A stretch of DNA of 64,000 nucleotides, from NCBI GenBank assembly GCA_964567725.1, contig CAZMNU010000001.1, forward strand, positions 34,838 to 98,837, written 5' to 3'. Numbering within the stretch: position 1 is the stretch's first letter; each line of letters starts with the position of its first letter. This document shows positions 41,473-49,861 of this stretch, piece after piece. This DNA is from an uncultured Desulfobulbus sp. (GTDB taxonomy: Bacteria; Desulfobacterota; Desulfobulbia; Desulfobulbales; Desulfobulbaceae). The notes under the pieces were generated by a model, which saw nothing but the letters and a program-made list of their open reading frames with translations, was not told where the DNA came from and searched no databases. The position numbers and the translations under genes were made by a program.

Positions 41473-42408
41473 TTACGGGGTGTGGACCGGCGGCAATCCG
41501 CGGGCGCCGTCGCGCAGGGTCTCGCTCAGGTCGGCCCCTTCGAGCCGGGCGCCGGTGAGATCGGCCTTGATCAGGTTGGCGCCTTTCAGCCGGGCGCCGC
41601 GCAGGTCGGCGCCGCGCAGGTCCGCCCCAGGCAGGTTGGCGTAGACCAGGGTGGCGCCCTGCAGGTTGGCCTTCTGCAGGTCGGCCCTCCGGAGGTTGGC
41701 CATGCTCAGGTTGGCCCCGTGCAGGTCCGCGCCGGCGAGCTTTGCCCCGGCCAGCTCGGCCTTGCCCAGGTCCGCACCGGCCAGGTTGCAGCCCGGGCAG
41801 TCGCGGGCCAGGAATTCGACGGTCACGCTGGTATCCCGGGCGTCGGCCGCGGGCTGCGTCCGTTCCTCGACCACCGGCGGCGCGGCCACCGCCCGGTCTG
41901 CGGGCTGTTTTTCTTCCTCCGGCAGTGACCCGGCCAGCTGGTCTGCGGTTGCGCGCAGGGGCCGACGCCGCTCCATGCGCTCGCCCGCTACGGCCAGCGA
42001 CTGGCTGTCGCCGGTCTGCTGCGCACCGGAAAAGCGGATCACGCCGTTGCCGCCGGCCAGGTAGAGTGTGCCGCCGGCCGCCGGTCGGTACGCTTCCAGG
42101 CAGCGCAGGTCCCCGTACCACCAGGACTCCATGCGCAGGCAGAGTTCGCCGCCCTCGCTCACCTGCCAGCGGCCCGCATCCCGGTCGGCATACTGATCGC
42201 GGCCGTACACCCGGCCGGCGGGGTCGAAGTAGAGCGCCACCTCCTCGTTGTAGGCGCGCAGCCGCAGGGTATTGCCCCTGACCAGGGTGAGCAGGTCGCG
42301 GGCGGCCAGCTGCTTGGCTCCGTGTTCCCTGACGAGCGAGGTGACCGTGGTCGGACCGCAGCCGCAGAGCAGGGCCGAGGCAAGAACGAGGAGCAGCAGC
42401 GGGCGCAT
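41473..42408 (-). CDS. pentapeptide-repeat lipoprotein with N-terminal beta domain
   Basis: signal peptide with LCGC lipobox; CPGC then about 15 A[D/N]L-xx repeats; GAGG RBS. Confidence 0.85.
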   Translation of the reverse strand: MRPLLLLVLASALLCGCGPTTVTSLVREHGAKQLAARDLLTLVRGNTLRLRAYNEEVALYFDPAGRVYGRDQYADRDAGRWQVSEGGELCLRMESWWYGDLRCLEAYRPAAGGTLYLAGGNGVIRFSGAQQTGDSQSLAVAGERMERRRPLRATADQLAGSLPEEEKQPADRAVAAPPVVEERTQPAADARDTSVTVEFLARDCPGCNLAGADLGKAELAGAKLAGADLHGANLSMANLRRADLQKANLQGATLVYANLPGADLRGADLRGARLKGANLIKADLTGARLEGADLSETLRDGARGLPPVHTP

Positions 42409-42552
42409 CGGGACCTCTTGATAAGCTGAAGTAAATCGGGATGTTGCGACGGAGACGGCAGCGGCCGGACGGCCACGCGGGCAGGCCTTATAATACACGG
42501 CCGGCGCCTTTTTGCACCCGGATTTTCCGGTGGCGCGCAGGGGCGGCCAGGG

Positions 42553-43383
42553 TCAGAACAGGGGCGGATCGGGGCGGTTGTCGTCCTCTATGCGGAACCG
42601 TTCGCGGATGCGGGCCAGCGGCACCAGGTCGGCCTTGCGCTCCGAGGGGGTGAGAAAGGAGAGCAGCTTGGTCTTGAGCACCGTGGGGTTGACTTCACCC
42701 TCTATGGCGATGATGCCCTCGAGGATGATCTTCTGCAGCAGCAGTTCGTGGTTGGTGCGTTCACGCAGGTTGGCGGCAGAGGGGATGAACACGAAGTTGG
42801 CGAGGATCAGGCCATAGAGGATCGAGGTCAGGGCGAGCGGCACGGTTCTGAGGATGATGCCCGTCTCGCCGATGCCGCCGAGCAGGGGGATGAGGCCGGC
42901 CACCGAGCCGACGATGCCGAACGCCGGGCAGAAATCGGCAATGGTGCGCAGCACCCGCTCGCTGTCCTCGCGGCGCAGCTTGAAGAAATACATCTCGGTG
43001 TTGAGGATGTCGCGGATCTGCTGCGGCTCGTAGTTGTCCACCAGGCAGCCCAGGCCCCGGCGCAGGAACAGCACCGAGGTCTCGTGCTCGTCCTGCTGCA
43101 GGGAGAGGATGCCGGCCATGCGCGACTTGATCGCCAGGTCGATGAGGATGTCGACGATCTCGGCCTCGGATTTCAGCCGGGACCGGTAGGAGGCGCGCAC
43201 CACCCGGGCGACGATGCCGAGCCGCTCGAGCCGGAAACAGAGCAGGGCCGCGGTGGCGCTGCCGCCGACCACGATCATCAGGCTGGCCAGGTTGAGGTAC
43301 AGACCGAGATGCCCCTTGAGCAGGAAGCCGGCGAAAAAGACGGTGGCACAGAGGAGCAGGCCGAGCAGGTGCGGGCGTTTCAT
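42553..43383 (-). CDS. motA: MotA/TolQ/ExbB-family stator/ion-channel subunit (MotA-like)
   Basis: SLMIVVGGS, GILSL, CPAFGIVGSVAGLI, ILYGLILANFVFIP, GIIAIEGEVNP. Confidence 0.8.
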   Translation of the reverse strand: MKRPHLLGLLLCATVFFAGFLLKGHLGLYLNLASLMIVVGGSATAALLCFRLERLGIVARVVRASYRSRLKSEAEIVDILIDLAIKSRMAGILSLQQDEHETSVLFLRRGLGCLVDNYEPQQIRDILNTEMYFFKLRREDSERVLRTIADFCPAFGIVGSVAGLIPLLGGIGETGIILRTVPLALTSILYGLILANFVFIPSAANLRERTNHELLLQKIILEGIIAIEGEVNPTVLKTKLLSFLTPSERKADLVPLARIRERFRIEDDNRPDPPLF

Positions 43384-44411
43384 CGGCTGGGGCGTCCTGT
43401 CACGGGCTGGTTGCCGGTTGCCGCGGGTGCGGGTTCGGCCGCCACCGGTTCCCGGGAGAGGATCAGTTCCACCCGCCGGTTGGCGCGGCGACCCTCCTCG
43501 CTGGTGTTGGGTTGCACCGGCCGGAACGAGGCATGGCCGCTGACGCTGAACTGGCCGGCCGGCAGGCCGCTGGTTTCGATCAGAAAGCGGGCCACCTGGC
43601 TGGCCCGGGCGAGCGACAGTTCCCAGTTGGAGGGATAGCGGGCGGACTGCATCGGCCGGTCGTCGGTGTGGCCGATGACGTTGATCCGGTAGGGGGTTTG
43701 GGCGATCACCGGCACCAGTTTCTCGAGCGCCTCGCGCGCGGCCGGGGTGAGGTCGGCCTCGCCCGTGGGGAAGAGCAGGTCGCCGGTGAGGCTGATGCGC
43801 ATGGCCTTGTCCGGCACCAACTCCACCGAGGCGAACCGTTCCAGCTTTTCCGCGGCCACGGTCACCCGGGAGAGGTCGTAGAGGCCGGTGATCAACTCGC
43901 TGTCCGCGCTCGCTGCGGCGGGCGACTCCGCTGCGGCTGGCGTCGGTGCTGGCGGCGGTTTTGGCTCATTCGCCAGCCGGTGGCGGATGAGCACGTCCGC
44001 ACCGGTCTGCTCCCGGCGTGCGGGCTCGGCCTCCGCGTGTGGGGCCGGACTCCGCCTGCTGACCTGCTGGGTGATCGGGTGGAACACCAGGGTGGACCCG
44101 CCCTCCTCCGCCTGCACCGGCAGGGTCTCGTCCGCCACCCGGTTGGGACTGCCGTGGGCGGCGATCTCCTGCTGGGTGCGCTGGTGGACGAACAGGGTGA
44201 GGAAGAGGACGAACATGGTCATCATCAGGTCGGACCAGGCGATGGACCAGTGGGCCGGCCGCGGGATGCGCGAGCGGTAGAAGGAATCTTCGACCACGAA
44301 CACCGGCTGGGCCGTCTGCTGCCAGCCGGAGAGGAGCGGCGGCGAAGGCAAGGGCACGGCGGCCGGTGGCCGGGCGGGGGCAGGGGGCGGCTTTGGGGTG
44401 TGGGCGGTCAT
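43380..44411 (-). CDS. motB: MotB-like protein (TM with conserved Asp plus OmpA-like peptidoglycan-binding domain)
   Basis: WSIAWSDLMMTMFVLF; GHTDD, SNWELSLARA, NRRVE. Confidence 0.82.
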   Translation of the reverse strand: MTAHTPKPPPAPARPPAAVPLPSPPLLSGWQQTAQPVFVVEDSFYRSRIPRPAHWSIAWSDLMMTMFVLFLTLFVHQRTQQEIAAHGSPNRVADETLPVQAEEGGSTLVFHPITQQVSRRSPAPHAEAEPARREQTGADVLIRHRLANEPKPPPAPTPAAAESPAAASADSELITGLYDLSRVTVAAEKLERFASVELVPDKAMRISLTGDLLFPTGEADLTPAAREALEKLVPVIAQTPYRINVIGHTDDRPMQSARYPSNWELSLARASQVARFLIETSGLPAGQFSVSGHASFRPVQPNTSEEGRRANRRVELILSREPVAAEPAPAATGNQPVTGRPSR

Positions 44412-44503
44412 ATCCGTTCTTCGACAGAATCCCGCCGGGACACAAGGAGAAATTGCGTCCTCGACCCGTGTTCATCCCTTGGCGGACAGGCGCCGGCGAC
44501 AAT

Positions 44504-44536
44504 AAAAAGCCCCGGCCGCATCGCTGCGGCCGGGGC
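44504..44536 (-). terminator. intrinsic terminator of Mo-oxidoreductase operon
   Basis: 12-bp stem GCCCCGGCCGCA/TGCGGCCGGGGC with T-tract on minus strand. Confidence 0.8.
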
Positions 44537-44567
44537 CATGGGACACGAGGTCAGACGAGGCGAACCG

Positions 44568-45368
44568 CTATTTCTCGTCGTCCTGCAGGGATTTGACCAG
44601 GAGGCCGCCGGCGAGACCAAGCAGGCCGATCTCTTTCACCTGGTTCTTGGCCACGATGGACATCTTCGTGAGCATGGAGCGGCGCATGGACACCTTGGGC
44701 ATCTCCTGCGGCGCGGCCTGCATGAGCAGTTCCCTGTCACCCTTCTTGCTGGCGAAGTACAGGCCATGCGGGCCGATCTGCACCGCCTGGGAGGTCAGGC
44801 CGACCGCACCCTTCTTGACGTACTGCGACACCTCGGAGTTCGGGTCGTCGAGGTCACCGAAGATGCGCGCCCGCGCCAGGCAGGTCTGCACGCAGGCCGG
44901 CTCCAGTCCCTCGGCCACGCGCGGCATGCAGTAGGTACACTTGTCGACCTTGCCGAGACTGTGGTCATCGGCCAGGGCCTCGTTGACGAAGCGGGCGTTG
45001 TAGGGGCAGGCATCCCGGCAGGCACCGCAGCCGATGCACCGTTCGGTATCCACCTGGACCGTGCCGTTGAACGGGTCCTTCCAGGTGGCGCCCACTTCCA
45101 TGGTCACCGTCTTGCCGGTCTTGGCGTCCTTGAAGGTAACGCTGACCGGGTCGGCCGGGCAGACCGGCACGCAGGGGGGCTCGGCGCAGTGGTTGCACAG
45201 CCCCGGGTAGTAGGTGGCCGCCATGCCGTCCGAGGTGATACTCGGTCCCAGGCGGTGCACCCAGTTGCGGTCGAACTGGGTGGGAACCTCCCATTCGGCC
45301 TTGCAGGCGATCACGCAGGCATGGCAGCCCACGCACCTGTCCACATCTATAACCATGCCATATTGCAT
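44568..45368 (-). CDS. 4x[4Fe-4S] electron-transfer subunit (PsrB/PhsB/DmsB-like)
   Basis: CVGCHACVIAC, CNHC..PPC..VCP, CIGCGACRDACP, KCTYC...PACVQTC, RIFGDLDD. Confidence 0.92.
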   Translation of the reverse strand: MQYGMVIDVDRCVGCHACVIACKAEWEVPTQFDRNWVHRLGPSITSDGMAATYYPGLCNHCAEPPCVPVCPADPVSVTFKDAKTGKTVTMEVGATWKDPFNGTVQVDTERCIGCGACRDACPYNARFVNEALADDHSLGKVDKCTYCMPRVAEGLEPACVQTCLARARIFGDLDDPNSEVSQYVKKGAVGLTSQAVQIGPHGLYFASKKGDRELLMQAAPQEMPKVSMRRSMLTKMSIVAKNQVKEIGLLGLAGGLLVKSLQDDEK

Positions 45369-45423
45369 TATTTTTCTCCTTGCGAGGTGATCAGAATTGA
45401 CAGCGGCGCCTCTGCGACCGGGA

Positions 45424-47640
45424 TCAGCTGGCCTTCATGATTTTGACGAAGTTGTTGCGCATGCCGTGCGCACCGGATTCCGGGTCCACGGCGATCCTGG
45501 TGATCAGGCTGGTATCGTCGATACCCCGGTCGACCGCATTGGTCATTTCCGGGTTTCTCGTGCCGTAACCGTGGTACATGTAGACAACGTCCTCGCGGAT
45601 GCCCGGGGTCACCTTGACCGTGGTGGTGGTGCGCGAGGTGACGCCATCCTGGTTGACCAGTTTGATCGTGTCGCCCTCTTTGAGGCCCAGCCGGGCGGCC
45701 AGTTTGTCGTTCACCCACAACGGGTTGATCGGCGCCTCGTTCACCAGCCACGGGTTGTTGGCGGTACGGTTGAAGGTGTGCAGCGGGGTCCGGCCGTAGA
45801 CCAGGCGGACAAAACCCTCGGGCGGCCGTTCCACCGGGGTGTAGGTGGGAACGGGCGGGTAGTCTTCGTCCTCCATGTCCTCGCTGTAGAAATAGACGGT
45901 CAGGTCCTCGATGTTGTTGTAGGGGTCCTCGCCCGGCTGCACGTGGATTCCGCCCTCGGCCTTGATCTTGGCCAGGCTCAGGTTCACTCCGGCAAGCGCC
46001 TTGTCGGCAAGTTCTTCCTGGGACTGGGCCGGGATCTTGTCCCCGTAGCCCATGCGTTTGGCGATCTCGTTGGTGATCCAGATGGAGTCCTTGCGTTCGA
46101 AGCCCGGGGCGACCAGCGCCATGCGCGGGGCGATGTACTGCTGGGGTTCTTCGGAGAGATCCCACTGCTGGCCGGTCTTGACGATGTCCCCCTTCTCCAG
46201 GTAGGAGCAGTCGGGCAGGAGGATATCGGCGTACATGGTGCTGTCGGTGGGCATGATATCGACGCAGAGTACGAACTCCATCTGTTCGAGCATCTTGATC
46301 GTCTTTTCCTGGTTGGGCATGCACTGGATAATGTTCTGACCGCAGATCACGCAGCCCTTGATGGGGTAAGGCTCGCCGGTGATGGCCGCGTCACGCAGCA
46401 GTTCGGTCGGCGCGCCGGGAGGGGCGAAGTAGTGTTTTTCCGCCAGTTCCCTGAGGACGATGTCTTCTTCGTGCTCCAGGTGGGGCCAGTTGACCTTGGC
46501 CAGTCCCTTGGGTTTCTTGGGAATGACCAGGCCGCCTTTACAGCCGATCGCTCCAAGCAAGCCGGTCAGGCAGGCCAGGGCCCGGCTGCGCTGGAAGTCG
46601 GTGCCGTACCAGGTGGTGTGTCGGCCCGGGTGGATGGCCACATGCGGCATGTTGGCGGCCAAAAGGTCGGCCACCTCCTTGATCTGGGCCGCCGGCACGT
46701 CGCATTCGGCAGCCGCCTTCTCCAGCGTCCACTCCTTGATGCCCTCGGCGAACTCCTCGAACCCTTCACCGTACTCGTCGACAAAGTCGACGTTGTACTT
46801 CTCGTTTTCGATCAGGTAGTTCATGATCGCCAGCAGCATGGCCGTGTCCGTGCCCGGGCGGATGGGCACCCAGATGTGCGACTTGGCCGCCGAGGCGGAG
46901 TAACGCGGGTCGACAACGACGAGCTTTGCTCCCCGGTCGAGCCCGCGCAGGTAGTTCTTGACGTGAGAGAGGTGGATGTTCTCGCCGATGTGCATGCCGG
47001 TGAGGAAGATCACCTTGGCGTTGGCCATGTCCACGTTCTCATCGGGCGCTATTTCCAGGGTGGTCAGGTAGGCGGTGTCGCGGACGCCGCGGCACTGGAA
47101 GAAGGAGGCTTCGCTCACGTTGGGCGTACCCACGGTCCGCTCGAGAAAATCCATCAGGTACTTGGCATGGGAACCGTGGCCGAAGAAGCAGAGCCCCTTG
47201 GCACCGTCACGATCGACTATGGTCTTGAGTTTGCTGGCACAGGTATCCAGGGCCTCCTCCCAGGAGATCCGCTGCCACTTGGGCGCGCCGCGCTTGCCGA
47301 CGTTCTTGAGCGGGTACTTGAGCCGGTCCGGATCGTAGAGCATGGCCACGCCGGCATTGCCGCGGGCGCACAGGGAGACGCCGTTGTCCACGGACTTGGG
47401 GTTGCCTTCGAGTTTGACCAGGCGGCCGTCGCGGACCTTGCCGACCAGCTGGCAGCGCCAGAAGCACATCTCGCAGAGGCCACCGACCGCGGTCTGGGTG
47501 TCCTTGAAACTGCCCGGCGCAACCAGCGGCGCCTTGACGACACCCGATTGGGCCCTGGCCGCCACCTTGGACAGCGGCACGGACGCAGCGGCAAGCGAGG
47601 CGGCCTTGAGGAAATTCCGCCGGGTGAGATTCGATGCCAT
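45424..47640 (-). CDS. Tat-exported Mo/W-bis-PGD oxidoreductase, PsrA/PhsA (polysulfide/thiosulfate reductase)-like catalytic subunit
   Basis: TRRNFLK Tat motif; CEMCFWRC...C FS0; Cys ligand region SFFQCRG; RPGTD, ADILLP, VYMYHGYG. Confidence 0.88.
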   Translation of the reverse strand: MASNLTRRNFLKAASLAAASVPLSKVAARAQSGVVKAPLVAPGSFKDTQTAVGGLCEMCFWRCQLVGKVRDGRLVKLEGNPKSVDNGVSLCARGNAGVAMLYDPDRLKYPLKNVGKRGAPKWQRISWEEALDTCASKLKTIVDRDGAKGLCFFGHGSHAKYLMDFLERTVGTPNVSEASFFQCRGVRDTAYLTTLEIAPDENVDMANAKVIFLTGMHIGENIHLSHVKNYLRGLDRGAKLVVVDPRYSASAAKSHIWVPIRPGTDTAMLLAIMNYLIENEKYNVDFVDEYGEGFEEFAEGIKEWTLEKAAAECDVPAAQIKEVADLLAANMPHVAIHPGRHTTWYGTDFQRSRALACLTGLLGAIGCKGGLVIPKKPKGLAKVNWPHLEHEEDIVLRELAEKHYFAPPGAPTELLRDAAITGEPYPIKGCVICGQNIIQCMPNQEKTIKMLEQMEFVLCVDIMPTDSTMYADILLPDCSYLEKGDIVKTGQQWDLSEEPQQYIAPRMALVAPGFERKDSIWITNEIAKRMGYGDKIPAQSQEELADKALAGVNLSLAKIKAEGGIHVQPGEDPYNNIEDLTVYFYSEDMEDEDYPPVPTYTPVERPPEGFVRLVYGRTPLHTFNRTANNPWLVNEAPINPLWVNDKLAARLGLKEGDTIKLVNQDGVTSRTTTTVKVTPGIREDVVYMYHGYGTRNPEMTNAVDRGIDDTSLITRIAVDPESGAHGMRNNFVKIMKAS

Positions 47641-48243
47641 TTACTGTTCCTCCTTGGTGAAAAAGTCGATTAACTGGATCGACACCATGTAGAAGGGATG
47701 TCGAACTTCTTGCGTGCAGCGTTCCTTGAACCGTGTGAACCAGGGCCGGAACAGGGTTCGCAGGAAGACCTCCTCGGCCTCGTCCCGGCCTTCGCCGGTC
47801 AGGGCGGCGAGAAAATCGAGTTCCAGGGCGAGGTGGTCGGCGGGTTCGGTCTCGCTGGCCAGGTCGTAGCCGTGCGCCCGGTAGAAGTCGCGGGTGCGCT
47901 CGGTGGTCGGGCCCTGGAGCATGCCGCTGCCGTCCAGGTACACCGAGGCGTAGGGCGGCACGGTGGCGTGGGGCACGGCGTTGATGAACTGGTGGGTGTA
48001 TTCGGTGCGGAGTTCGTCGAGCGGGTCTGCGGACCGGCGACGCCAGTCCTGGAGTGCGGCCAACTCCCCGGACCATTCGAGGGAGGCGAGCAGCGATTCC
48101 AGGGTATCGAACAGCTGATCGTTGCAGCTGGCCGCCTCCGGGTAGCGCATGGTCAGGGCGAGCAGGGAGTAGATGGCGCTGAGGGTGGCGTCTTCGCCGG
48201 CCGGGGCGTTGCCCTGATCGAGTGTGGTGGGTGCGGCTGTCAT
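47641..48243 (-). CDS. TorD/DmsD-family molybdoenzyme chaperone
   Basis: EYTHQF, PPYASVYL, EPADHLALELDFL. Confidence 0.9.
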   Translation of the reverse strand: MTAAPTTLDQGNAPAGEDATLSAIYSLLALTMRYPEAASCNDQLFDTLESLLASLEWSGELAALQDWRRRSADPLDELRTEYTHQFINAVPHATVPPYASVYLDGSGMLQGPTTERTRDFYRAHGYDLASETEPADHLALELDFLAALTGEGRDEAEEVFLRTLFRPWFTRFKERCTQEVRHPFYMVSIQLIDFFTKEEQ

Positions 48244-48403
48244 AACCCTCTGCAGTGGTCACGGTTCTGCTGCGCGCGGCGACGTGGCGGTTCCGCCGGC
48301 GGGCGGCGGCAGCGGTAGGTGCGCCCGCGGGCCGGAAAGTGGGGCAGACACAGGTCCTGCCACTGCCCGGCAAGGCGCTGAAACGGCCCTTTATAAGCCG
48401 CAC

Positions 48404-48432
48404 ACTGTAGCATACTCGGGCCGAGAGTACAA
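48404..48432 (-). promoter_or_regulatory. putative sigma70 promoter for chaperone-psrA-psrB operon
   Basis: TTGTAC-N17-TACAGT with TGn extended -10 on minus strand. Confidence 0.55.
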
Positions 48433-48575
48433 GGAACCTCTGGCCGGCGGGACAGGATTTGCAGGCCCTCCACCAGGCAGGGAAAAACGGGGGCACTGAG
48501 GACCGGCCCGGCCGCCTGCGACCCTGGCCCTGTTCCGGGTGGCGGCGGTCTGGCCGCGGAGCCTTGGCTTGCCGC

Positions 48576-48604
48576 TTGACGGTCGCCCGGTTTGTCGTTA
48601 TAAG
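48576..48604 (+). promoter_or_regulatory. putative sigma70 promoter for thioesterase
   Basis: TTGACG-N17-TATAAG. Confidence 0.55.
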
Positions 48605-48690
48605 GTCAAATTCACGAATGTTTTGTCGGTTTGCGCCGCACCCGCCTGCGGGTCGTGGCGTTCCCCTTCACCGCACGAGGTCGAGCGCAT

Positions 48691-49071
48691 ATGGAACTGC
48701 ACATCCCCACCGGAACCCAGGGCAAGGAAGCGTTGAGCGTCACTTTCGAAAATACCGCGGCCCGCTACGGCAGCGGCCTGGTCGAGGTGTTCGCCACCCC
48801 GGCCCTGGTCGCCCTCATGGAGAGTACCTGCCTCGGATCGGTGCTGCCCTTCCTGCCCGAGGGCTGGGGCACGGTGGGCGTCAAGGTGGACATCGTCCAC
48901 ACCAGGGCCACGCCGGTGGGGCAGCGGGTGACCTGCGAGTCCACCCTGGTGGAAGTGGACCGCCGCCGGCTGGTGTTCGAGGTGGTGGCGCACGACGAGC
49001 GGGGCGAGATCGGCCGCGGCCGGCACGAACGGTTTGTCATCGACACCAAAAAATTCATGGAAAAGCTCTGA
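48691..49071 (+). CDS. hotdog-fold thioesterase, FlK (fluoroacetyl-CoA thioesterase)-like
   Basis: GSG.VEVFATPALVALME, TVG..V.I.H.RATPVG, IG.G.HER; Thr/Glu/His triad present. Confidence 0.88.
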   Translation: MELHIPTGTQGKEALSVTFENTAARYGSGLVEVFATPALVALMESTCLGSVLPFLPEGWGTVGVKVDIVHTRATPVGQRVTCESTLVEVDRRRLVFEVVAHDERGEIGRGRHERFVIDTKKFMEKL

Positions 49072-49099
49072 CCGGGCCGCTTTCTGCCCGGCGGACCGC

Positions 49100-49642
49100 T
49101 CAGTCCGCCGGCCGGTGGTAGCGGCTGAGCACGCCGTAGAGCATGTCGGGCAGGTCGTTCTTCTGCCGGGAGGAGCGCTGGATCTGCTTGAGGCACTTGT
49201 CGAAGGTGAGCGGTTCCCCCAGCGAGATGTGCCGCAGGATGAGCGAGATGAGCCGGGTGATGGTGGTCAGGTTGGAGATGCGCGACTGCAGTTCGTGGTC
49301 GCGGTCAAAGGCGGTGGAGGCGAACACCTCCACCGGCCTCCCCTCGACCTCGCTCACCGACAGGTACCACTTGTTGCGGTCCCGGTCGATGGTGCGGTAG
49401 CGCTTGCCGTCGAGCACCTCCGGCAGCTCCGCCTCGCTCTCGATGCGCCGGGCGCCGGCCCGCGGCAGGATGGCCTCGTCCTGGTGGCGCAGCCACAGGG
49501 TCTTCACCACCTCCGGGTGCTCGCGGACATACCGCTCCACCGCCAGGCAGGCGGAACAGGTGGCGGGGGCGTCACCCGGCGGCGGGCTTGCCAGTTCGAG
49601 GCCGCAGAGGCTGCAGCGGCCGGCGTGGGTTTCGGCTGTCAC
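49100..49642 (-). CDS. hypothetical protein: N-terminal CxxC..CxxC plus TSCPD/NrdJb-like domain
   Basis: 3' end of the 1348-aa shadow ORF; GTG start with CGGAG RBS; LPEVLDGKRYRT...WYLSVSEVEGRPVEVFAS. Confidence 0.7.
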   Translation of the reverse strand: MTAETHAGRCSLCGLELASPPPGDAPATCSACLAVERYVREHPEVVKTLWLRHQDEAILPRAGARRIESEAELPEVLDGKRYRTIDRDRNKWYLSVSEVEGRPVEVFASTAFDRDHELQSRISNLTTITRLISLILRHISLGEPLTFDKCLKQIQRSSRQKNDLPDMLYGVLSRYHRPAD

Positions 49643-49782
49643 GATGTCGCTCCGTCGTCGATGATGCATTGGCAGGGGGAGGGGCGTCGGCCGCCCCGGA
49701 CCGGCGCAGAATACCTCTGTGCCGGGCAACTGGCAAGGGCCGTGAAGGTCCGGTGTCGCCGCCGGCCCGCCGGCCTTTTCCC

Positions 49783-49810
49783 TTGCACATTCATTCGGGC
49801 TTGGTAAAAT
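49783..49810 (+). promoter_or_regulatory. putative sigma70 promoter for ileS-lspA-fabD
   Basis: TTGCAC-N16-TAAAAT with TGn extension. Confidence 0.5.
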
Positions 49811-49861
49811 CTCGCGTTTTGCGCCGACCCTACACTCAATTGCTTGCCAGCGGGAAGAACG

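Noticed and set aside
37712..41644. Very long antisense ORFs (also 2922-5159, 7226-9184, 20860-24321, 28587-30560, 45397-47673, 49100-53146, 61220-63289)
   Set aside because: They are shadows of GC-rich codon usage opposite real genes. Only the 3' ends of 20860-24321 (tatC N-terminus) and 49100-53146 (TSCPD-like gene) correspond to real coding sequence.
41560..41790. Short DNA repeats (caggttggc / caggtcggc) as CRISPR or tandem array
   Set aside because: The 15-nt periodicity is explained by pentapeptide-repeat coding; there are no spacers or cas genes.
41315..42121. 269-aa N-terminal extension of DnaE, or an intein
   Set aside because: The extension overlaps the pentapeptide gene in another frame. 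The true start is MSAPFVHLHVH at 41314, giving a normal length of about 1200 aa with no intein motifs seen.
42553..44411. Zorya (ZorAB) anti-phage system
   Set aside because: The MotA-like protein lacks the long ZorA coiled-coil tail, and there are no zorC/D/E or other defence genes nearby.
48244..48400. Moco/Tuco riboswitch in the Mo-enzyme operon leader
   Set aside because: Only a generic GC-rich hairpin is visible and I did not recognise the conserved Moco motif elements. An Rfam scan would settle it.
35484..49071. Fluorinase/chlorinase plus FlK thioesterase as an organohalogen pathway
   Set aside because: The DUF62 protein has the hydrolase-type TFHGRD and Asp-Arg-His residues. The two genes are more than 12 kb apart and both families are widespread.
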